Positions 34,248 through 43,898 of a DNA stretch of 64,000 nucleotides are shown here, in pieces. This stretch comes from Steroidobacteraceae bacterium. Its GTDB lineage: Bacteria; Pseudomonadota; Gammaproteobacteria; Steroidobacterales; Steroidobacteraceae. The DNA is taken from assembly GCA_036266795.1 (NCBI GenBank), contig DATAXJ010000025.1, positions 101,632 through 165,631 of the forward strand, written 5' to 3'. The stretch's first letter is position 1, and each line of letters starts with the position of its first letter. Under the pieces are notes generated by a model. That model was not told the DNA's origin. It worked only from the letters and a program-made list of their open reading frames with translations, and did not search any database. The translations under genes were made by a program, and so were the position numbers.

Positions 34248-35416
34248 ACGCGATTGAGCTCGCGCGTATAGGTCTGGCCATGGGCCGCGTTGGGATGCAG
34301 GCGCGCGAGCTCCGACGGCGTCGGATAGATTCCCGGATCCTCATACACGTCGGCCGGCAACAGACCATAGGCCGCACGATTACCGGTCGCATAGTGCTCG
34401 GCCGTGGAATTCTTCGCGGCCACATCCGGTCGCAGCAGATAGTTGATGAACAGATGCGCATTGCGTGGATGCGGCGCATCCGTCGGGATTGCCAGCATGT
34501 CGAAGAAGCTCATGCCGCCCTCGCGCGCAATGCCGTAGCGGATCTTCACGCCATTGCCAGCATGCTGCGCGCGTACCCTCGCCTGTTCGACATCCCCACT
34601 CCAGCCGAGCGCCAGACAGATCTCGCCGTTGGCCAGATCCTCGATGTATTTCGAGGAGTTGATGTAGCGGATATACGGACGCACGGACAGCAGCACCTTT
34701 TCGGCCGCCGCCAGATCCTGCGGCGCCTCGCTGTTGGGATCCCGGCCGAGATACACCAGCACCTCGCCCACCACTTCATCGGGCGCATCCAGTATCGAGA
34801 CGCCACACGCCTTGAAATGCTGCACCACTGCCGGGTCGAACAGCATGGCAAAGCTGTCCACAGGCGCGGCCGGCATTGCCGCGGCGACCTTGTCGACGTT
34901 GTAACCGACGCCCGAGGTGCCCCAGAGATAATTGACACCGTACTGGTTACCCGGATCATTGACCTCGATCGCATGTGTGATCGCCGGATCCAGATTCTTG
35001 AGGTTCGGCAGCAGCGCCTTATCGAGCTTCTGAAACACGCCGGCCTGGATCTGTCGCTGCAGAAACGACGCGGACGGCACCACCACGTCATAGCCGGTAG
35101 ATCCGGCCAGGAGTTTGGTCTCCAGAACCTCGTTGGAGTCGAACACATCGTAATTGACCTTGATGCCGTACTCCTTTTCGAAGGCCGGCACTACGGAAGG
35201 GTCGATGTAGTCCGACCAGTTGTAAACGTTCAGCACCTTCTCGGGGTCCGTGGCCCCTGCCTGCGTGGCTGCCGGTGCCGTCTGTACCCCGGCCGGAGCC
35301 GCGCTGCCACAGCCCGACAGCACGGCAGCCAGCCACAGCGCCGCGCCGAGCTGACCGAGCGCGCGGTGCGTGCCCGGGGCAGCAACCCGCCTGCGCGCGC
35401 ACTCGGTGCGCCGCAT
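34220..35416 (-). CDS. potF: Putrescine-binding periplasmic lipoprotein
   Basis: PotF/PotD family body (LNVYNWSDYI...). Lipobox LSGC. Start uncertain (ATG at 35416, 35446 or 35467). Confidence 0.8.
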   Translation of the reverse strand: MRRTECARRRVAAPGTHRALGQLGAALWLAAVLSGCGSAAPAGVQTAPAATQAGATDPEKVLNVYNWSDYIDPSVVPAFEKEYGIKVNYDVFDSNEVLETKLLAGSTGYDVVVPSASFLQRQIQAGVFQKLDKALLPNLKNLDPAITHAIEVNDPGNQYGVNYLWGTSGVGYNVDKVAAAMPAAPVDSFAMLFDPAVVQHFKACGVSILDAPDEVVGEVLVYLGRDPNSEAPQDLAAAEKVLLSVRPYIRYINSSKYIEDLANGEICLALGWSGDVEQARVRAQHAGNGVKIRYGIAREGGMSFFDMLAIPTDAPHPRNAHLFINYLLRPDVAAKNSTAEHYATGNRAAYGLLPADVYEDPGIYPTPSELARLHPNAAHGQTYTRELNRVWTHFKTGT

Positions 35417-35459
35417 CCGCCAGCCGCCGTCAGGTGTCGTCCTCATGGGTCGAAAGCAA

Positions 35460-36800
35460 TCATACATTCAACAGCAGGTGCTCGCGCTCCCAGGAACTGA
35501 TGACCTGCAGGAACACCTCATACTCAGCCTGCTTGACGATGGTGTAGGCCGCAACGAAAGGCTCGCCGAGAATCTGCAGCAATGGATCGCAGTCCCGTAG
35601 GCGCGCGAGCGCCTCATCCAGCGAGCGCGGCAGGGAGAACGGCATTTCGTGGGCGCTGCCGCTGATGGGCTCGGTGGGCTGCAGACCCTCGACCATGCCC
35701 AGATAGCCGCAGGCCAGCGATGCCGCGATGGCGATGTAGGGATTGGCGTCCGCTCCGCCGACCCGGTTCTCGACGCGTCGTGACTCGGGCGAGGAGATTG
35801 GTACGCGCAGACCCGCGGTGCGATTGTCGTATCCCCACTGCACGTTGATCGGGGCGATCTGGTAGCGCGTCATGCGCCGATAGGAATTCACGTTGGGCGC
35901 GAACAGCGACATCGCCGCCGGTGCGTAGCGCTGCAGCCCGGCGATGTGTGAGAAGAACAACGCCGAGGGCGTGCCATCGGGATTGCTGAAGATGTTCTTG
36001 CGCGTGCGGGTGTCCAGGACGCTCTGATGGATGTGCATCGCGCTGCCCGGCTCGCGCGCGTGCGGTTTGGCCATGAAGGTCGCATACATCTTGTGCCGCA
36101 GCGCCGCCTCGCGCGCCGTGCGCTTGAAGAGAAACGCCTGGTCCGAGAGATCCATGGCGTCTCCGTGCAGCAGATTGATCTCCATCTGCGCCGGGCCGTC
36201 CTCGTGGATCAGCGTATCGATGGCGATATCCTGCGCTTCGCAAAAGGCATAGATGTCGTCGAACAGCGGATCGAACTCGTTGACCGCTGCAATGCTGTAC
36301 GACTGCCGTCCGGGCTCGGCACGCCCCGAGCGACCCACCGGTGGCTTCAGCGGATAATCCGCATCCACGTTCGGCTCGATCAGATAGAACTCGAGCTCGG
36401 GAGCCACCACTGGCTCCCAGCCGCGCTGCGCATACAGTTCCAGCACATGCCGCAACACGTGACGCGGCGCCATCATCACGCGCCGGCCGTCCGAGTAGAA
36501 GCAATCGTGGATGACCTGCGCGGTCGGCTCGGCCGTCCAGGGCACCACGCGCACCGTCTTGGGGTCCGCGCGCAGCACGATGTCGATCTCCGCCGGGCTC
36601 ATCGCCTCGCTGGTATCGGGCGGATAGTCCCCGGTAACGGTCTGCAGGAAGACGCTCTCCGGCAGCCGCATGCCCTCATCCTCACCGAACTTCTCCGACG
36701 GCATGATCTTGCCGCGCGCGATGCCAGCCATGTCCGGGATGATGGCTTCGACCTCAGAGATGCCGTGGTCACGGAAAAATTGTTGAATCTCGCTCGCCAT
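35460..36800 (-). CDS. puuA: Glutamine synthetase family protein, gamma-glutamylputrescine synthetase-like
   Basis: 446 aa; GS catalytic-domain pattern (...TFMAKP......GSAMHIHQS..., NRTAGLRVP). Context with puuD and pot genes. Confidence 0.8.
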   Translation of the reverse strand: MASEIQQFFRDHGISEVEAIIPDMAGIARGKIMPSEKFGEDEGMRLPESVFLQTVTGDYPPDTSEAMSPAEIDIVLRADPKTVRVVPWTAEPTAQVIHDCFYSDGRRVMMAPRHVLRHVLELYAQRGWEPVVAPELEFYLIEPNVDADYPLKPPVGRSGRAEPGRQSYSIAAVNEFDPLFDDIYAFCEAQDIAIDTLIHEDGPAQMEINLLHGDAMDLSDQAFLFKRTAREAALRHKMYATFMAKPHAREPGSAMHIHQSVLDTRTRKNIFSNPDGTPSALFFSHIAGLQRYAPAAMSLFAPNVNSYRRMTRYQIAPINVQWGYDNRTAGLRVPISSPESRRVENRVGGADANPYIAIAASLACGYLGMVEGLQPTEPISGSAHEMPFSLPRSLDEALARLRDCDPLLQILGEPFVAAYTIVKQAEYEVFLQVISSWEREHLLLNV

Positions 36801-36827
36801 GATCGATCCTTTGTATGCTTGTCCGGC

Positions 36828-37595
36828 TCAGGCCCGTGTCTCGCGGCAGGCCTCGCCAAAGGCGCGCAACAGCGCGAGCGACAATGGGTTGTCCATGACG
36901 CGCCATTCCGGATGCCACTGCACCGCCAGCGCGAAGCGCGGCGCCTGCTGCACGCGGAAGGCTTCGATGACCCCGTCGGGTGCACGCGCCTCGACCACCA
37001 GCCCCGGGCCCAGCTCCCGTACGCCCTGTCCGTGCAGCGAGTTGACCCGCACCCGCTCCGCGCCTGCCAGGCGCCGCAGCATCCCGTCCGGCTCCAGGAT
37101 GACCTCGTGTGCCGGTCCGTACTGCGCCTCCAACGCCTGCTCCTCGTCCTCGCGGTGATCGAAATTCCCGGGCACCTCCTGCAGCTTCTGCCAGAGCGTG
37201 CCGCCGAAGGCGACATTCATCTCCTGGAAGCCACGACAGATGCCCAGCACCGGCACACCGGCGGCTACCGCCCTGGGGATCAGCGGCAGCGTGGTCTCGT
37301 CGCGATGCGGGTCATGCAGCGTGCCGATCTCACTGGGCTCGCCGCGATAGCGATGCGGTTCGACATTCGACGGGCTTCCCGTGAAAAGCAATCCGTCGAG
37401 CGTGTCGAGCAGCCCCTCGAGCTGCAGCTCCCGACCGATGGCCGGCACGACGAGTGGAATCGCGCCAGCCGCATCGAGCACCGCCGTCAAATACTTCTCG
37501 CCGGCGAGGTGGTAGGGCTGCTGGTGAGCGCCCAGCAGCCGCCGGTCCGCCGGTACACCGATCACAGGACGCTTTGCGCTCATGGCGGGCCTCAC
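36828..37595 (-). CDS. puuD: Gamma-glutamyl-gamma-aminobutyrate hydrolase (peptidase C26, class I amidotransferase)
   Basis: 255 aa; ...GICRGFQEMNVAFGGTL...NSLHGQG...VQWHPEW. Confidence 0.8.
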   Translation of the reverse strand: MRPAMSAKRPVIGVPADRRLLGAHQQPYHLAGEKYLTAVLDAAGAIPLVVPAIGRELQLEGLLDTLDGLLFTGSPSNVEPHRYRGEPSEIGTLHDPHRDETTLPLIPRAVAAGVPVLGICRGFQEMNVAFGGTLWQKLQEVPGNFDHREDEEQALEAQYGPAHEVILEPDGMLRRLAGAERVRVNSLHGQGVRELGPGLVVEARAPDGVIEAFRVQQAPRFALAVQWHPEWRVMDNPLSLALLRAFGEACRETRA

Positions 37596-37733
37596 AGCTG
37601 ACCTGTATGCATGGACAGCCCAGACGCTTTCGCCGGCCCTGGTGGCATTAGACCATAGGGCCCCCGACAGCGTCCCGAACCCTGGTCATAGCGCGCCACT
37701 TGATGCATTGCACGGATTCTGTCAAACGATCCC

Positions 37734-39062
37734 ATGGCCTCGCTACCGTCGTCCTCGCCAGCTGGCCCTCCCGCCAGAGCGCTGGCGCCCTATCCGCCCT
37801 CCTATTACAGCGCCGTCACGCCGCCTCTGGCTCCGAGTCGCCCCCTGCAGGGGTCCGAGCGCAGCGACGTCTGCGTCGTCGGCGGTGGTATCGCCGGCTG
37901 CTCGGCAGCCCTGGCGCTGGCCGAGCGCGGCTATCGCGTCACGCTGCTCGAGGCGCAGCGACTCGGCTGGGGTGCCTCGGGCCGCAACGGGGGTCAGGTG
38001 CTGCCCGGCATTGCCGTCGAGCAGCCCGATCTGGCGCAAATCGCGGGCGATGAGGCGGCGCTGCATATCTGGCGGCTGTCCCTCGAGGCCGTGGCGCTGA
38101 CCAAGCAGCGTCTGACCCATCACGCCATTGCCTGTGATTGGCAGGACGGGCAACTGCTCGCCGCCCTGAAGCCCAGACAATGGCAGGAACTGCAGCGCTG
38201 GCAGGACTGGCTGCAACGACAGGACTATTCGGGCACGCAGTTGCTCGGCCGCGAGGCGCTCGGCGCGCTGCTCGAGTCGCCTCGTTACCTCGGAGCGCTG
38301 TACGACCCCGCCGCGGGCCACCTGCAGCCACTGCGTTATACGCTGGGGCTGGCAGAGGCCGCGATGCAGGCCGGCGTCACCGTGCACGAGGCCAGCCAAG
38401 TGATCCGCTACGAGCTCGGGGGGGCTGCTGGCAGGACGCGGGTACACAGCCCCGGCGGTGAGGTGACCTGCGACTGGCTCATCTTCGCGGGCAACGCCTG
38501 GCTCGGGGAAACCGTGCCCTCGCTCACGCGCAAACTCATCGGCGTGGGCAGTTACATTATCGCGACTGAGCCACTCGGCGCCGCGCGCGCGCGTCGGCTC
38601 ATCGCCAACAACGCGGCCGTCTGCGACACCAACTGGATACTCGACTACTTCCACCGCTCCGCCGATGACCGTCTGCTGTTCGGCGGGCGCGTCAATTATT
38701 CCGGCCTCGAGGGCCGCGCCATCGGCCCGGCGACGCGCCGACGCATGCTCAAGGTATTTCCTCAGCTCGACGACGTGCGCATCGATTACGCCTGGGGCTG
38801 CCTGCTGGACATCACGATGAACCGCGCGCCGCACTTCGGCCGTCTCGCGCCGAACGTATTCTTCCTGCAGGGCTTTTCGGGGCACGGCATCGCGCTCACC
38901 GGCCTTGCCGGACAACTCATCGCCGAGGCGGTCGCAGGCTCCGCCGAGCGCTTCGACGTGTTCGCACGCCTGCCCCACCGGGATTTCCCCGGCGGGCGCG
39001 CACTGCGCCGGCCGCTGCTGGCCCTGGCAATGCTGTGGTATCGACTGCGCGATCTGCTATGA
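37734..39062 (+). CDS. puuB: FAD-dependent oxidoreductase, gamma-glutamylputrescine oxidase-like
   Basis: 442 aa; dinucleotide fold DVCVVGGGIAGCSAALALAERG; DAO family; divergent from the puuD operon. Confidence 0.7.
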   Translation: MASLPSSSPAGPPARALAPYPPSYYSAVTPPLAPSRPLQGSERSDVCVVGGGIAGCSAALALAERGYRVTLLEAQRLGWGASGRNGGQVLPGIAVEQPDLAQIAGDEAALHIWRLSLEAVALTKQRLTHHAIACDWQDGQLLAALKPRQWQELQRWQDWLQRQDYSGTQLLGREALGALLESPRYLGALYDPAAGHLQPLRYTLGLAEAAMQAGVTVHEASQVIRYELGGAAGRTRVHSPGGEVTCDWLIFAGNAWLGETVPSLTRKLIGVGSYIIATEPLGAARARRLIANNAAVCDTNWILDYFHRSADDRLLFGGRVNYSGLEGRAIGPATRRRMLKVFPQLDDVRIDYAWGCLLDITMNRAPHFGRLAPNVFFLQGFSGHGIALTGLAGQLIAEAVAGSAERFDVFARLPHRDFPGGRALRRPLLALAMLWYRLRDLL

Positions 39063-39625
39063 GCCTGCATGACCTGACGATCTGGCTGGCGCTGGCCTTC
39101 GGCTTGTCCGAGCTGGCGCTCTCATTGGCCAAGCGATCGAGTACCGCTGCGGTGCGCGCCGATCGCGGCTCGTTGCATGTGCTGTGGATCGTCATCACGG
39201 CCGCGTGGGTGCTCGCGTTTTTTCTTTCTGATGCCGTGGCCCTCGGGCGCTTCCATTTGAGCGGGGCGCTGGACGCAGGCGCGCTGCTGCTGTTTGCCGC
39301 CGGAGTCGCGCTGCGCTGGTGGGCCATCGCGTCCCTGGGACGACTGTTCACGGTGGACGTCGCCATCGCGGCCGATCATCGGCTGATCGACCGCGGGCCC
39401 TACCGCCTGATCCGTCACCCTTCCTATGCCGGCGCGCTGCTCGCGTTCCTGGGGCTGGGACTCACCCTCGGCAGCCTGCCGGCGCTCGCGGCGCTGCTGT
39501 TGCCCTGCGTGGCCGCCTATCACTATCGGATTACCGTGGAGGAAGCCGCCCTGCAGCGCGGACTCGGCAACGCCTACTTCGACTACATGCGTCAGACCTG
39601 GCGTCTCGTTCCGCGCCTCTATTGA
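39059..39625 (+). CDS. Isoprenylcysteine carboxyl methyltransferase (ICMT/PEMT) family membrane protein
   Basis: Start MSLHDLTIWLAL... overlaps the puuB stop (ATGA); ...LIDRGPYRLIRHPSYAGALL.... Confidence 0.7.
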   Translation: MSLHDLTIWLALAFGLSELALSLAKRSSTAAVRADRGSLHVLWIVITAAWVLAFFLSDAVALGRFHLSGALDAGALLLFAAGVALRWWAIASLGRLFTVDVAIAADHRLIDRGPYRLIRHPSYAGALLAFLGLGLTLGSLPALAALLLPCVAAYHYRITVEEAALQRGLGNAYFDYMRQTWRLVPRLY

Positions 39626-39640
39626 GCGCAGTCGCGCACA

Positions 39641-39670
39641 GCGCGGCGCGGCGCGGCGCGGCGCGGCGCG
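39641..39670. repeat. Pentanucleotide microsatellite (GCGCG)x6
   Basis: Read directly: six perfect tandem GCGCG units in the intergenic spacer. Confidence 0.9.
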
Positions 39671-39737
39671 AAAAACTGCCAGGTACTGCGCAGAACAGCC
39701 GACCCGCTCGGCCTAGCATGCGTTGCAAGGAGGCCCC

Positions 39738-39974
39738 ATGCGTCGACCCATCGCCCATAATGTCGCGCTGCTTGCCGTCATCGGCGGGTTGGCGCTACCG
39801 CTCGCCGCCTGCGGTCTGGCGGAGACTGCGGCCAGCGGGACCGCAGGCGCCGCGGCCGAGGTCCAGCAGGCGCAGCAGGCCCAGCAGATCGAGCAGCACG
39901 TGCGTGACCAGGTCCAAGCCGCGCAGGACGCGGCCGCCGCGCAACGCGACAAGGCAGAGCAGGACGCGCAGTAG
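39738..39974 (+). CDS. Small lipoprotein with Gln/Ala-rich helical tail
   Basis: AGGAGG 7 nt upstream; MRRPIAHNVALLAVIGGLALPLAAC lipobox; then AAEVQQAQQAQQIEQH.... Confidence 0.55.
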   Translation: MRRPIAHNVALLAVIGGLALPLAACGLAETAASGTAGAAAEVQQAQQAQQIEQHVRDQVQAAQDAAAAQRDKAEQDAQ

Positions 39975-39977
39975 GGC

Positions 39978-42245
39978 TCAGACGCCGCTGATCTCGTAGC
40001 AGCGGTGGATGCGCGGGTTGGCCTGAAAGTCGAACGGTAGCGTGCGGCGCGAAACGTCCACGATCCGCCACTGCTCGCCCACCTCGGCGGCAAGTCTGAA
40101 GCGCTGCGCGTTGGTGGAAAAGATCAGCGTACCGCCCGGCGCGAGGCGCTGCATGCACTGCACGATCAACGAGACGTGATCGCGCTGGACGTCCAGCACC
40201 CCCTGCATGCGCTTGGAATTGGAAAACGTCGGGGGGTCCAGGAAGATGAGATCGAAGCATTCCCGCGCATCACCCGTTGCGCTGCCCTCGCCTCGCAGCC
40301 AGGCGAGACAATCCGTCTGCAGCAGCCGGTGATGCGCAGGATTCACGTCATTGAGCTGCAGATTCGCCTGCGCCCACTGCAGATAGCGATTCGACAGGTC
40401 AATGCTGAGGCTCTCGCGCGCCCCGCCTGCCGCCGCACAGACCGTCGCACTGGCGGTGTAGCAGAACAGATTCAGGAATCGGCGGCCGCTGGCCCGCTCA
40501 CGCAGTAGGCCGCGAGTCAATCGGTGGTCGAGGAAAAGCCCGGTGTCCAGATAGTCATCGAGATTGACCAGAAACTTAAGGTTGCCCTCGTTGACAGTGA
40601 TCATATTCTGCAGGGGTGCCGAGGCTGCAGGGACATGGCGTGCGGAGCGTCGCGGTTGGTACTGCAGGGCCCCACGCTGTGGGCGGCGCACGCGCAGGTG
40701 AATCCGCTCGGGCGGCACGCCCAGCGTGCCCGGCAATACCGACAGCGCCTCGCGACGCCGACGCCGCGCTGCCTCTACATCGATGCTCGCCGGCGCGGCG
40801 TACTCCTGGACATAAAGATGCACGCGCGGCATCGGTTCGGCGGCGAGCGACGCCTCCTCGTACCGATCGATCGCAAAGGCATATTCGGGCATGTCCGCAT
40901 CATAGAGTCGGTAACAGCTCACCTGAGCGGCACGCACCGAGCGGCTCATCCGCCGCAGGTTCTTCTCCAGCCGATTGGCGAACATCGTCGCACCCGCGAC
41001 GCTCGTGCCGCGCGTGTCCGCCGCAGCCGCGCGCGCTGCTTCTTCAGTCATCGACTGCGGCGTGAGGGAGCGATGCATCAGATCCGTCGCTCCGGGGGCC
41101 GCCAGATCGATGCGCAGCAGTCGGCAGGCAATCGGTCCATTCCAGAGCTCATGCACGCGGTAGCTCCGCAATCGCAGCTCGCGTGCTGCGTGCGGTGCGG
41201 CAGTCAGGATGGCCGCGTCCCAGCCCTGGAAGTGCTCACGCAGTACTCGGCCGAGCTCGGCGTGCAGTGCGCGTGCGGACGCGGCATCAGTGAGCCGCTC
41301 GCCGTAAGGTGGGTTGGTGCAGAGCATGCCCGGCGCAGGACCCGCGGGCCGCACGGCCACGAGAGCGCGTCGCTCGAGCCTCACCAATGCATCCACCCCC
41401 GCGCGCCTGGCATTGGCTACAGCCTGCTGCAATACGCGCGCATCGGCATCGCTGCCGTGGATGAGGTTGGGCAGCGACGTGCGCGCCTGCGCACGCGCCG
41501 CGTCACACAGCGTGCGCCACAGCGCGGCGTCGTGTCCGTGCCAGCCGAGGAATCCGAAGTAGTCGCGATGCAGTCCGGGGGCCCTTTGCGCGGCGATCGC
41601 CGCTGCCTCAATCACGAGTGTGCCCGAGCCGCACAGCGGATCGAGGAATTCATTGCCGGCTGCGGCCGCCTCATCCCAGCGTGCCCGCAGCAGCACGCCT
41701 GCCGCGAGGTTTTCCCGCAGCGGCGCCTCGCCTGCCTGCAGCCGATAGCCGCGCCTATGCAGGCTCTCACCCGATAGATCCAGCGCGACCGTGATGCCCG
41801 CGCCACGTGCGTGGGCGTGCAGGCGCACGCCGGGACGCGACAGCTCGATTTGCGGGCGGCTACCGCAGCGCTCACGCAATCGATCCACGACCGCATCCTT
41901 CAGCCGCAGCGCCCCGAAATGCGAATTGTTAATGCCCGGATGTATCCCGCTGAAGTCGCAGGCCAGCGTACCGCTTGGCGAGAGGTGCGATTCCCACTCG
42001 ATCTGCCGCGCCTGCCGGTAGAACTCGTCCGCGCTGTCGGCCTGTAGCTCCGCCAGACACAGCAATACCCGGCTGGCGACACGTGACCAGAGGCAGGCGC
42101 GATAGCCCACCGCCAGCGCGCCTTCGAAGCGCACGCTGCCGGCCGACTCAACGACCTGCTCTCCCCCTATGGCGGATAGCTCGCGTGCGAGCAGATCCGT
42201 CAAGCCGCGCGGGGATGTGGCGATAAATCGATGCCGGGAGCTCAC
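39978..42245 (-). CDS. rlmL: Bifunctional 23S rRNA methyltransferase RlmKL (m2G2445/m7G2069)
   Basis: GTG start at 42245 (1 nt after the upstream stop); RFIATSPRGLTDLLARELS..., THUMP plus two SAM-MTase halves (...CTNPPYGERL..., ...FLDPPTFSNSKRM...). Confidence 0.85.
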   Translation of the reverse strand: MSSRHRFIATSPRGLTDLLARELSAIGGEQVVESAGSVRFEGALAVGYRACLWSRVASRVLLCLAELQADSADEFYRQARQIEWESHLSPSGTLACDFSGIHPGINNSHFGALRLKDAVVDRLRERCGSRPQIELSRPGVRLHAHARGAGITVALDLSGESLHRRGYRLQAGEAPLRENLAAGVLLRARWDEAAAAGNEFLDPLCGSGTLVIEAAAIAAQRAPGLHRDYFGFLGWHGHDAALWRTLCDAARAQARTSLPNLIHGSDADARVLQQAVANARRAGVDALVRLERRALVAVRPAGPAPGMLCTNPPYGERLTDAASARALHAELGRVLREHFQGWDAAILTAAPHAARELRLRSYRVHELWNGPIACRLLRIDLAAPGATDLMHRSLTPQSMTEEAARAAAADTRGTSVAGATMFANRLEKNLRRMSRSVRAAQVSCYRLYDADMPEYAFAIDRYEEASLAAEPMPRVHLYVQEYAAPASIDVEAARRRRREALSVLPGTLGVPPERIHLRVRRPQRGALQYQPRRSARHVPAASAPLQNMITVNEGNLKFLVNLDDYLDTGLFLDHRLTRGLLRERASGRRFLNLFCYTASATVCAAAGGARESLSIDLSNRYLQWAQANLQLNDVNPAHHRLLQTDCLAWLRGEGSATGDARECFDLIFLDPPTFSNSKRMQGVLDVQRDHVSLIVQCMQRLAPGGTLIFSTNAQRFRLAAEVGEQWRIVDVSRRTLPFDFQANPRIHRCYEISGV

Positions 42246-42246
42246 G

Positions 42247-43755
42247 TCAGGCCAGATTGATCCAGGTGGTCTTGAGCTCGGTGTACTTGTCGAAGGCATG
42301 CAGCGACTTGTCGCGACCGAAGCCCGACTGCTTGTAGCCGCCGAAGGGTACCGTGATGTCGTCGGCGTCATAGCAGTTGACGTACACCATGCCGGCGCGC
42401 AGCGCTCGGGCGGCGCGATGCGCGGCGTAGATATCACGCGTCCAGACGGCCGCGGCCAGCCCATAGTCGACATCGTTGGCAATGCGCAAAGCGTCCTCGA
42501 GATCCCGAACGCTCAGCGTCGCGAGCACAGGCCCGAAGATCTCCTCGCGCGCGATGCGCATCTGCGGGCGCACCTGATCGAACACGGTGGGCTCGACGTA
42601 GCAGCCACCGCTGTCTGTGCGGGTGCGCGCCCCGCCATAGGCCAGGCGCGCCCCTTCGCGCGTGCCGATCTGGATGTAGTCGAGCACGCGCCGAGTCTGC
42701 GTCTCATCGACGATCGCCCCGAGCCGCGTCGCCGGATCCAGTGGATCGGCCGGGGTGAGCGTGCGCGCGATGGCGATGATCTGCTCGAGCAGCGGCTCGC
42801 GCACCGATTCCTGCACCAGCAGCCTCGAGCCGGCCGAGCACATCTCGCCCTGGTTGAAGAAGATCGCCGCGGCCGCGCTCTGTGCCGCCAGTGCCAGATC
42901 TGGACAGTCGGCCAGAACGATGTTTGGCGACTTGCCGCCGCACTCAAGCCAGACACGCTTGAGATTGGACTGAGCGGCCGCTTGCATAACTGCCCGGCCC
43001 GAGGCGGTCGAGCCGGTGAAGGCCACCGCGTCAACGTCGCGGTGCGCGGCAAGCGCGTGGCCGGCAGTGGCGCCCTCACCAGGAACGACATTGAACACTC
43101 CCGGCGGCAGGCCCGCTTCGAGGGCGAGTTGCGCCAGGCGGATCGCCGTGAGCGGGGACTTTTCGGACGGTTTCAGGACCAGGGAGTTGCCGGCAGCCAG
43201 CGCCGGGCCGATCTTCCAGGCCGCCATGATCATGGGAAAATTCCACGGCACGATGGCGCCGACCACGCCCACCGGCTCGCGCCGGATCATCGCAATCGCC
43301 TCAGGGCCCGTCGGTGCTATCTGGTCGTAGATCTTGTCGATGGCCTCCGCGTACCAGCGCAGGCATCGCACCGTGGCCGGGACGTCAACGGTCAGGCTGT
43401 CGCGGATCGGCTTGCCGACGTCGAGCGTTTCGAGCAGCGCGAGCTCCTCGGTCGCCGACTCGACGCGCTCGGCGAAGCGCAGCAGCACCCGCTTACGCTC
43501 GATCGGGGGTTGGTCGGCCCAGACGCGCTGCTCGAATGCCCTGCGGGCCGCCGTGACCGCGGCATCGATATCAGTGGCATCGCAGGCCGCCACGTCCGTC
43601 AGCTTGCGCCCGTCGATCGGCGAGAGATCTGCAAAGCTCGCCCGCGAGCGCGCCGACACGAGAATGCCGTTGACCAGGGCGAGCCCGGACGGGCGCGCCG
43701 CCCGCGCTCGCGCGCGCCAGGTGCTTGCATCGGCCAGACCGGGAACGTCAGTCAT
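42247..43755 (-). CDS. puuC: NAD-dependent aldehyde dehydrogenase (gamma-glutamyl-gamma-aminobutyraldehyde dehydrogenase-like)
   Basis: 502 aa; ...VLKPSEKSPLTA..., ...ECGGKSP..., FFNQGEMCSAGSRL. Confidence 0.8.
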   Translation of the reverse strand: MTDVPGLADASTWRARARAARPSGLALVNGILVSARSRASFADLSPIDGRKLTDVAACDATDIDAAVTAARRAFEQRVWADQPPIERKRVLLRFAERVESATEELALLETLDVGKPIRDSLTVDVPATVRCLRWYAEAIDKIYDQIAPTGPEAIAMIRREPVGVVGAIVPWNFPMIMAAWKIGPALAAGNSLVLKPSEKSPLTAIRLAQLALEAGLPPGVFNVVPGEGATAGHALAAHRDVDAVAFTGSTASGRAVMQAAAQSNLKRVWLECGGKSPNIVLADCPDLALAAQSAAAAIFFNQGEMCSAGSRLLVQESVREPLLEQIIAIARTLTPADPLDPATRLGAIVDETQTRRVLDYIQIGTREGARLAYGGARTRTDSGGCYVEPTVFDQVRPQMRIAREEIFGPVLATLSVRDLEDALRIANDVDYGLAAAVWTRDIYAAHRAARALRAGMVYVNCYDADDITVPFGGYKQSGFGRDKSLHAFDKYTELKTTWINLA

Positions 43756-43898
43756 GTGCCGACAATCTGGCCTCGGCGCCGGAAGCTGTCAAACAGCACG
43801 GTGCCGGCCCCAGACGCCGGCACGAATCAGGGCCAAAATGAGGCCGGCGCGGAGATCACCCCGCGCCGGCCGGCATTCGCCGAAATATCGACTGTGGA

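Noticed and set aside
42246-42482. N-terminal extension of the 834-aa rlmKL ORF.
   Set aside because: The extension overlaps the 3' end of the aldehyde dehydrogenase gene and has no RlmKL similarity. Family-like sequence (RFIATSPRGL...) begins right after the GTG at 42245.
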